Below, one piece after another: positions 44,351-51,528 of a stretch of DNA of 64,000 nucleotides. Source of the DNA: an uncultured Bacteroidales bacterium (GTDB lineage Bacteria > Bacteroidota > Bacteroidia > Bacteroidales > Muribaculaceae). The stretch is taken from NCBI GenBank assembly GCA_945829225.1, contig CALZTY010000002.1:9060-73059 (forward strand). Direction: 5' to 3'. How positions within the stretch are numbered: the stretch's first letter is position 1; the number at the start of each line of letters is the position of its first letter. The notes under the pieces were generated by a model. That model saw only the letters and a program-made list of their open reading frames with translations, did not search any database and was not told where the DNA came from. Made by a program: the position numbers and the translations under genes.

Positions 44351-44653
44351 ATGCACATCATAACTGACAACATACACAAGCTATTTGACTTATGCCACAA
44401 GTATAAGGTCAGCAAGTTATATGCCTTTGGCTCGATACTTACTTCGCGTTTTAACGATAATAGCGATGTGGATATTCTCGTTGATTTTAGCTCGGAAGTC
44501 GACCATAATTCTTATGCCGATAATTATTTTGGTCTTTATTATGCTTTAAAATCCTTATTCGGTAGGGATGTCGACCTTGTCGACGACTCTGCTGTGAAGA
44601 ACCCGTATTTCAGAGCTGAACTTGATGACACAAAATACCTCATCTATGGATAG
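44351..44653 (+). CDS. mntA: MNT-type nucleotidyltransferase antitoxin
   Basis: 100 aa from MHIITDN. The GS...DxD motif is present (AFGSILTSRFNDNSDVDILVDF). Confidence 0.8.
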   Translation: MHIITDNIHKLFDLCHKYKVSKLYAFGSILTSRFNDNSDVDILVDFSSEVDHNSYADNYFGLYYALKSLFGRDVDLVDDSAVKNPYFRAELDDTKYLIYG

Positions 44654-44984
44654 AAAGTTGAAAAAATACTTATCCGACATCCTCACCTCAATTGTAGAAA
44701 TTGAATCCTTTATGGAGGATAGACCTAAAGAGTATGCGACTTTTTGCCATGACCTACTTTTTAGGAGAGGCGTCGAGAGAAATATAGAAATAATGGGGGA
44801 AGCTATGAATCAGGTCTTGAAAATTGACCCTAATATCCCTATTACAGATTCTCGAAAAATTGTTGATACGAGAAACTTTGTGATTCATTCATACGACTCC
44901 CTTAAGCCTGACATCCTTTGGGGTATTGTTATAAATCATATACCAATATTGAAGAAAGAAGTTCAAGCCCTACTTGGTGAGTAA
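44646..44984 (+). CDS. hepT: HEPN (DUF86) toxin
   Basis: 112 aa from MDRKLKKY. Rx4HxY motif RNFVIHSYD. The start overlaps the mntA stop (ATGGATAG). Confidence 0.8.
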   Translation: MDRKLKKYLSDILTSIVEIESFMEDRPKEYATFCHDLLFRRGVERNIEIMGEAMNQVLKIDPNIPITDSRKIVDTRNFVIHSYDSLKPDILWGIVINHIPILKKEVQALLGE

Positions 44985-45004
44985 AACTTGACACACCCTC
45001 GTGG

Positions 45005-46420
45005 TCAGAACAGGTCATCGAGGATCACTTGCGCTTGCGCCACATCTGCGTGGGCTCCCGGTAGCACTCCATAGGTGGTAATCAATGTGGGAATGATGCC
45101 ACAACGCGTGGCTGTCGCTACGCGGAACATCTCCACACGAGTACGTATTTTTAAGTCCTCATCCTTACTAATGGTATAAGGCGCCTGTGAATATTTTATT
45201 TCGCACAAATTAATCAGATTGTCGGCACGCTCAATCAGCAAATCGACTTGCGCGGGAGTCTCTGCATTGCCGCGCCACGAATAATACTCGGTATGGATGC
45301 GGTCAATCCCCAAGGCTCGCTTGATCTGCTGAATGTGAAGTATACACACTCGCTCAAATGCCAGTCCATACCATGTGTTTTGCTTGGGCTGCCCCATCAG
45401 GTGTGTCCACAGTTCGCTATCGGTGGTTGGGCGAGAGCAGAATTGGAGATAAAATAATGTGTATAAGTCTGTTATCTGATAGAGATGGTCGGTTTGCTTT
45501 ATTCGTTTTTCACGGGTATTGTATCGCCTGATGAAGTCGCAGTTGACAAGTTCTTGCAACACCTTGGTGAGCAAGCCTCCTGCCGAAATACCTAATTTAT
45601 CGGCTATTTCCTTGCGCATCATGCCCCTGTGATTGCTCGCCAACAACTCAAGAACTCGCACATGCGTCTCGGAGTTTTTGAACAACGAACTATATAATCG
45701 GCGATACTCATGGCGCAATTCGCCTTGCTCGGCAAAGAACAGTCGGTCGATATTTGCTGCAACGCCCGACTCGCGTTGCAAGAGTCCAAGATAATAGGGG
45801 ACTCCTCCCATTATGCTGTAAGTCTGCAGAATAGATAGCCTATTCCACACAAATCCACGAGCCTGGAGATATTCCTCGGTCTCACCCAAGGTGAATGGCG
45901 CAAGGTGTATCTCGTGGGTCAAGCGATTGTGAAGTCCTCCGTGGGCTTCGACCAAATTGCTAATCATCCACGACGTGGCAGATCCGCACACTATCAGCAT
46001 GATCTCGGGCTGGTGAGATGCCCAGCCATTCCAAAAATGTTCAAATGTCTGCTTAAACCCCGAGCGAGGTGTATCCAAGCAAGGCAATTCGTCAATAAAC
46101 ACCACCAAGCGCCCCTGTCCTAAGCGTCTTGAAAGCAAGGTCTTGAGCATATCAAATGCCTCCACCCAATTTTTGGGCGCCGGGCTCTCGCCATAGCCAT
46201 GGTCACGCAGCGCATAAGCAAAATTGGATAATTGCACGCGCGTAGGAGCATCGATTGACCCAGTCATCTCAAAGCAGAACTTATCCCCGAAGACATTGCG
46301 TATCAAGAATGTCTTGCCGATGCGTCTGCGCCCAAAGACCGCTACAAATTCCGCTCTGCCACTATTATAGTAGTCCTTGAGGTTTTGTATTTCTTTTTTT
46401 CGCCCGATGAGTGTTTCCAT
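45005..46420 (-). CDS. Orphan AAA-type ATPase (archaeal-ATPase/DUF234-like architecture with a C-terminal winged-helix-like region)
   Basis: About 471 aa from METLIGRKKEIQNL. Walker A VFGRRRIGKTFL and Walker B LVVFIDELP. A TAATTTTG box lies 21 nt upstream. Confidence 0.7.
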   Translation of the reverse strand: METLIGRKKEIQNLKDYYNSGRAEFVAVFGRRRIGKTFLIRNVFGDKFCFEMTGSIDAPTRVQLSNFAYALRDHGYGESPAPKNWVEAFDMLKTLLSRRLGQGRLVVFIDELPCLDTPRSGFKQTFEHFWNGWASHQPEIMLIVCGSATSWMISNLVEAHGGLHNRLTHEIHLAPFTLGETEEYLQARGFVWNRLSILQTYSIMGGVPYYLGLLQRESGVAANIDRLFFAEQGELRHEYRRLYSSLFKNSETHVRVLELLASNHRGMMRKEIADKLGISAGGLLTKVLQELVNCDFIRRYNTREKRIKQTDHLYQITDLYTLFYLQFCSRPTTDSELWTHLMGQPKQNTWYGLAFERVCILHIQQIKRALGIDRIHTEYYSWRGNAETPAQVDLLIERADNLINLCEIKYSQAPYTISKDEDLKIRTRVEMFRVATATRCGIIPTLITTYGVLPGAHADVAQAQVILDDLF

Positions 46421-46440
46421 AATTATACTATTTATTGCTG

Positions 46441-46448
46441 CAAAATTA
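46441..46448 (-). promoter_or_regulatory. -7-type promoter box (TAATTTTG) for the ATPase gene
   Basis: Reverse complement of caaaatta, 21 nt upstream of the ATG at 46420. Confidence 0.45.
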
Positions 46449-46475
46449 AGCAAAATATCGAGACAAAACAAGCGA

Positions 46476-46571
46476 ACCGGTGCTAAAGTGGCGAATTTTT
46501 TATCAGTTTAGCACCGGTTTATGCTTATAGTGGTGCTAAAGTGGTGATTTTTTTATCAGTTTAGCACCGGT
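46476..46571. repeat. Two direct copies of a ~42-bp unit, each itself a hairpin
   Basis: Copy 1 (46476-46518) is accggtgctaaagtggcgaattttttatcagtttagcaccggt, with a 12-bp stem and 19-nt loop. Copy 2 (46531-46571) is tggtgctaaagtggtgatttttttatcagtttagcaccggt. Confidence 0.85.
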
Positions 46572-46587
46572 TCGAGAAGATATAGAG

Positions 46588-46617
46588 GAGGCGAGTCGTT
46601 GCTCAACGACTCGCCTC
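46588..46617 (-). terminator. 13-bp palindrome (copy 2 of the 44218-44259 element), likely the GH66 gene terminator
   Basis: gaggcgagtcgtt gctc aacgactcgcctc. Same arms as copy 1, but the loop is GCTC instead of GAGC. Confidence 0.45.
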
Positions 46618-46705
46618 ACTTGACTTGCATAGCACTTGTCTACTGGTTAAAAATGTAGGAATTAGACACTTAGAAGTGTACCTTGGTTATGAGGAATGGT
46701 GCGTA

Positions 46706-48517
46706 TTATTCAATCACAATCATGGTCCAGTAACGTAGTTGCGGGACGGTGAATGTGAGAGTGTTGCCGCTGAGGGTGAATGCCAGTTCCTGCACGGCGC
46801 CGCCGTGATAGTCGGGAGTGGCTACCCACACGCGGGTCACCGGAGTCGATACTGTGACGCTCACGGGGATGTCGAGGGCAAGTGCCGGGGCGCGACGGTC
46901 GCCATTGTAGTCGCGCCAACTCATGTCATCGACGTTGCGGAAGTTGAGCAGGTTGATGACGCGGCTGTTGCCGACATTGCGCGAGTAGGTGACTATGTTG
47001 CCTTGCTTGGGAGGCCAGGCGCTGAAGGTGAGTTTCAGCGAGGGGTCGGTGCAAGTGATGGCGGTGGCTACCTCCGACGAGGTGTCGGTGCCGCGCAACA
47101 GGTTCTCATAGGCGGTCATGAAGTCGTAGTAGCGGATAATGCCCGTGCGCAACTCTTGCGGCATGCTCAGGTTGTTGTTGGGGAAGTATTCGCTGCCGAG
47201 CATATGGTCGCCGAGTTCGAGGTGGCTGCCACCGAGGGCAAACATTACAGCATCGGTCAACAATACACCGGGGGTGTTAAACTCGCCCTTGGAGCCACTC
47301 TTGCCATAGTTCATGTAGGCGGCAAAGACTGTGCGCAGGCTGTGGTTGGAGTAAGTGTCGTTGGCACGAATTACATCGTGGAGGCTCTTGAACTCAGCCT
47401 CTTGGTCCCACATCTCGTTGTAGCAGAAGTCCACACAACCCGATGAGGCGATGTTTTGAGCGCCGTAACTGCCCACCGAGTTCATGACCAAGCGCTTGCC
47501 GGGGTGCAGGTTCTTCATATAGGCGATAAACTTGCCATAGGCTTGGGGCAGATTGACCTTGACGCCATGGTAGTCGTAGCGGTCGCCACGATAGCCCAAT
47601 TGGTCGATCTGATAGCCGTCAAAATCGAGCACGGCGTATACATCGTCGTTGCGCTCTCCCAGGTAGGCGAGCCACTCATCATTGGCGGGATCGACCAGAT
47701 AGATATCGCTCTTCCACGACGAGGGCAGGAAGTGTCCGTCTTGGTCGTTGTGGTTGGTATCCTTGAAGAGACCCCACTGAGCCTTGACGCCATCGGCTGC
47801 GGCATCGTTGAGCACGCCGAAGCACAGGTTGTAGAATATCGACTTCATACCGTAGGCGTGTTGCACGGCGATATAGCGCTCTACTACCGAGCGGTGCACG
47901 GTGCGGTTGGCGATATCGGTATATACGTCGAGGGGTGCCTCGCGGGTGCCGCCCAGCGGCCAGTGGTGCTTCCAGTGCCAATCCTGGAATTGCACCCCGT
48001 TGATGTGGCAGCGGTTGAGGTATTCCATTTCGCTCTCGATAACGCCCTCGGGGAGTTTGGAGTCGTCAAAGGTCGCTACGAAGCCGTAGCGCGGGAAGCG
48101 AGTCCAGTCGGATGATACATCTACAGCGATAGTGCCGTAAATCATATCCTCGCCGGCAGTGGTGGGCTTGTACAGTTCGACCATGTAGCCGGTGAAGTCG
48201 GTTGTGGGGGTTACCCAGTCCCATTGAGCGGCGGCATCGACCTCGGCGATGACCTCGGCGCCGTGGCGATAGCGCACCTTGGTGCCGCTGAGCACCTGCG
48301 AGGCGGTGAAATGCACGGTTTCGCCCGGGTTGTACACTGCCTTGTCGGTTGAGAGGTCGACGATGAGCGACGACTTGACGGGACGAACGTCGGTGACCGA
48401 TGAGCCCCCACCACCGCCCCCGGGTTCGGGGGACGGTGTGGGTGTGGGATCATCGCCACCACAGGCTGCTGCTATCGGCAGCAGCGCTGTGATTAGCAGA
48501 ATATTCATTTTGCTCAT
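46706..48517 (-). CDS. Glycoside hydrolase, GH66-like (dextranase / cycloisomaltooligosaccharide glucanotransferase type) lipoprotein
   Basis: 603 aa. Lipoprotein signal IAAAC. FPRYGFVATF, VQFQDWHWKHHWP and LDFDGYQIDQLGY resemble GH66 signature regions as I recall them. Last gene of the Sus-like locus. Confidence 0.55.
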   Translation of the reverse strand: MSKMNILLITALLPIAAACGGDDPTPTPSPEPGGGGGGSSVTDVRPVKSSLIVDLSTDKAVYNPGETVHFTASQVLSGTKVRYRHGAEVIAEVDAAAQWDWVTPTTDFTGYMVELYKPTTAGEDMIYGTIAVDVSSDWTRFPRYGFVATFDDSKLPEGVIESEMEYLNRCHINGVQFQDWHWKHHWPLGGTREAPLDVYTDIANRTVHRSVVERYIAVQHAYGMKSIFYNLCFGVLNDAAADGVKAQWGLFKDTNHNDQDGHFLPSSWKSDIYLVDPANDEWLAYLGERNDDVYAVLDFDGYQIDQLGYRGDRYDYHGVKVNLPQAYGKFIAYMKNLHPGKRLVMNSVGSYGAQNIASSGCVDFCYNEMWDQEAEFKSLHDVIRANDTYSNHSLRTVFAAYMNYGKSGSKGEFNTPGVLLTDAVMFALGGSHLELGDHMLGSEYFPNNNLSMPQELRTGIIRYYDFMTAYENLLRGTDTSSEVATAITCTDPSLKLTFSAWPPKQGNIVTYSRNVGNSRVINLLNFRNVDDMSWRDYNGDRRAPALALDIPVSVTVSTPVTRVWVATPDYHGGAVQELAFTLSGNTLTFTVPQLRYWTMIVIE

Positions 48518-48523
48518 ATACTA

Positions 48524-50014
48524 TCAGTTACGAACAATTGAGATGGTGTCGTGGAGTTGGTCGAGCGTGATGGTGTAGGTGCCGGCAGTGCTTATCTTCC
48601 ACTTGCGGTCGATGTCGCCCACGCTGAGGTCGGTGTAGAGGTTGATAAACCAGTCGTCGCTCTTGTTGAGGAAGATGACAGGCTCTACCTCGCCGGTGGG
48701 CTCGGCATTCTCTGTGGCTGCCATGAACCATGCACCGCCCCAGTCGCTCTGCTTATCGGCAGAGAACTTCAACTCGCCTGCGGTGAGCGAGCCGGTCCAG
48801 GTGAAGATGTAGGGGTCTTCGCTCGACAGGGTCATCGGGGTTGCGTTGCCCAGATCCCAGCCGTTGGGGGTTGCATCGCCCACCAGATACATCTCGGTGT
48901 AGGGGGTGAACTCGCGCATAAGCATTCGCATATTGGTCGAGCGGGTGTCTACCCATATGCGGTAGGGCTTATTGTTCTGGTCGGCAGTCAGATACCACTT
49001 GTTGTCGGGGTCAAATCCCTTAACCAATTCCATCGATGTGTCGGTGTAGGGTGCATTGGGCTGGGTAGCCTTGAGCATATTTTCCCATGAGCCGTCGACG
49101 GTACCAAACTTGAACTCGCCACCGGTGGTGAAGTGGATACCAATCTTGAAGGTGAAGGCATCCAGCGGGTCGGCATCCATGCGCCGGAAACTCCAGCCTG
49201 TCTCTTCGCCTACGAAGAACAACTCGCTGTATTCGGGTGTGATGGCGCCTGAGGTTTGGGTGACTTTGATGCTGAGGGTGAGCAAGTTGACATCGATGCG
49301 GTAGAAACCTGCCTCGGCGATGCCGAATTTCTCGTCGGGTTGGTCGTCGCTGTCGCGATATACCAAGCCACCGTTGCCATTGGAGTTGTATGAGGGCAGG
49401 AATTGACCGCGGGTGGTGATGAACTTGAATTCACCGGCGCGCATCTCGCAGGTGCAGGTGAAGATACCGTTGTCGCTGCGAGTCATCTCGGTGGCATTGT
49501 CCGCGCTCCAGCCGTTGGGCGAGGCATCACCGATGATATAGAGGGTTGAGGTCACGGGAGTGTAGGGAGTCACTGAGAATGAGGTGGTTGACTCCTGCAC
49601 ACCCTCCACCTCGGCAACGGTGGCGGTGACGCGGGCTTCAAGAGCCACGGGATAGCCGGCGCTGAGGTGCAAATCATTGAGAATAATGGAGTTGAGGTCC
49701 TCGACAGAGGGCGACCACGCATATTCCTGTGTGGCGTCTACCACGGCGAGGTAGGGCTCGGCAAAGTTGGTGCCTGCCTCGGCGATTTCGAGGGTATAGG
49801 AGATGCGGTTGCCGGTGCCGTGGTTGGTGCCGGTAGTCCAGCTGAGCTCGATGGCTGTGGAGGCATGATTTGCCTCCTCGAGGGTCACCTCGGTCGACGA
49901 TGCCTTGATTTCCAACTCAGCCTCGCCCTTGTTGAGCTCCATATAGTCGTTGTCGGTGCACGATGCAAGCAGGGCTACTGCTGCTATCGATTGTGCTATA
50001 TATTTGAGTTTCAT
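48524..50014 (-). CDS. SusE/SusF-like surface glycan-binding lipoprotein
   Basis: 496 aa. Lipoprotein signal LLASC. Repeated beta-sandwich modules with GDASPNGW and GDATPNGW motifs. Positioned after susD. Confidence 0.65.
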   Translation of the reverse strand: MKLKYIAQSIAAVALLASCTDNDYMELNKGEAELEIKASSTEVTLEEANHASTAIELSWTTGTNHGTGNRISYTLEIAEAGTNFAEPYLAVVDATQEYAWSPSVEDLNSIILNDLHLSAGYPVALEARVTATVAEVEGVQESTTSFSVTPYTPVTSTLYIIGDASPNGWSADNATEMTRSDNGIFTCTCEMRAGEFKFITTRGQFLPSYNSNGNGGLVYRDSDDQPDEKFGIAEAGFYRIDVNLLTLSIKVTQTSGAITPEYSELFFVGEETGWSFRRMDADPLDAFTFKIGIHFTTGGEFKFGTVDGSWENMLKATQPNAPYTDTSMELVKGFDPDNKWYLTADQNNKPYRIWVDTRSTNMRMLMREFTPYTEMYLVGDATPNGWDLGNATPMTLSSEDPYIFTWTGSLTAGELKFSADKQSDWGGAWFMAATENAEPTGEVEPVIFLNKSDDWFINLYTDLSVGDIDRKWKISTAGTYTITLDQLHDTISIVRN

Positions 50015-50031
50015 AGTCGTAGATGATATGA

Positions 50032-51525
50032 TTAATAGCCGTAATTTTGTTCCATCAGCGGGTTGGCGTCAATCTCGGTCTGCGGGATGGGGAAGAGCAG
50101 ACGGTTCTTGTTGACATTCTCCTTGCCGATAGATTTGAGGAAGTTGACAGCGTAGTCGCCGCCTTGGAGACGGATGAGGTCAAACCAGCGGTGTCCCTCG
50201 AAGGCGAGTTCCATGCGACGCTCGTGGATGATGACCTCGCGCATTTGTTCCTGCGAGATGTTGCCGATTGAGGGTAAGCCGGCGCGAGTGCGCACGATAT
50301 TGAGGGGTATGGCGGCATCAGCAGTGAGGCCCTGCTCGTTGAGTGCCTCGGCTTGCATCAGCAGCACATCGGCATAGCGATATACCACAAAGTTGGCGGG
50401 CGATGTGTTGTACTCGGGAGATATAGTCTTGGAAACCAAGAATTTGCGCACATTGTAGCCGGTGTTGGACCACGATGGACGGTAGGCGGTGCCTTCAAAG
50501 TCGGGGCAGCCTTCGTAGAAGATGGTGATGTCCTTGCGCAAGTCGCCTTCTTCATATTGGTCGACAAACTCCTGGGTGGGTTGGTTCCAGCCATAGCAGC
50601 CGGCTACCAAGTTGGAGTTACGCGGACCCATGAAGGTCGACAGCCACGATGCCTGAGGTGTGTTGCCCCAGAAGTCCTCGTCGGTGTCGCCCGAAAATTG
50701 TACCTCAAAGATTGATTCGGGACCATTGTTGATGGTGGCATCGAAGTTGGCGGCATAGGAGCACGACGACAGGTCATAGCCAAGGGCGGTGACGCGGTCG
50801 CAGAGGTCCACCACTTGCGAGTAGTACTCGGGATGCTGGGGAGCCAGGGTGAGGTAGATGTCGGCGAGCATGGTGAGGGCGGCATCCTTGCAAGCACGGC
50901 CCAACTCGACAGCGCTGTACTGTGCCTTGGCGGGCAGCAACTCGGCAGCGCGGGTGCAGTCGTCAATAATCAAGGCATAGGTGTCCTCGAGGCTCTCACG
51001 CTTGATGGCTGTGGAGGTGCCGGGCACATAGGGCTCGGTGCGCAGAGGTAGTCCGCCATAGAGGCGAGCCAGCACATAGTAATAATGTGCACGCAAGAAG
51101 AGCACCTCGCCGAGGCGCTGGTCGAGGAGGTCTTGGTCGACGCCTTCGGCTTTGTTGATAGATTGGATAGCATCGTTGCAGTGACCGATGCCCACCCACG
51201 GCGAGCGCCACATGTACAGAGCCATTGCATTGTCGCTCTGAGTGATGAAGTTGGCTGCCTGAATGGTCTCGAGACCGTCGGTGCCGCCACCGGCGCCTAC
51301 ATTGGAGTTGCCGGCTACGATATCCAAGGTCCACAGACGTTGGTTGTACATATTGGACGACTGCAGGGTGATGTAGCAGGCATTAGTCAGGGCGGTAATG
51401 GTCTGCTCGGTGACATCTATGTCGGTGTCCACGCGGTCGTATGGTGTCTTGTCCAGGAAGTCGTCGCAGGAGGCTACGCCCATAGCCATGGTGGCGACGA
51501 GGATGGAGTTGATAATGTTTTTCAT
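50032..51525 (-). CDS. susD: SusD/RagB-family nutrient-binding lipoprotein
   Basis: 497 aa. GVASCDDFLDKTPYD start and a TPR-like helical pattern. Immediately downstream of susC (3-nt gap). Confidence 0.9.
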   Translation of the reverse strand: MKNIINSILVATMAMGVASCDDFLDKTPYDRVDTDIDVTEQTITALTNACYITLQSSNMYNQRLWTLDIVAGNSNVGAGGGTDGLETIQAANFITQSDNAMALYMWRSPWVGIGHCNDAIQSINKAEGVDQDLLDQRLGEVLFLRAHYYYVLARLYGGLPLRTEPYVPGTSTAIKRESLEDTYALIIDDCTRAAELLPAKAQYSAVELGRACKDAALTMLADIYLTLAPQHPEYYSQVVDLCDRVTALGYDLSSCSYAANFDATINNGPESIFEVQFSGDTDEDFWGNTPQASWLSTFMGPRNSNLVAGCYGWNQPTQEFVDQYEEGDLRKDITIFYEGCPDFEGTAYRPSWSNTGYNVRKFLVSKTISPEYNTSPANFVVYRYADVLLMQAEALNEQGLTADAAIPLNIVRTRAGLPSIGNISQEQMREVIIHERRMELAFEGHRWFDLIRLQGGDYAVNFLKSIGKENVNKNRLLFPIPQTEIDANPLMEQNYGY

Positions 51526-51528
51526 ATT

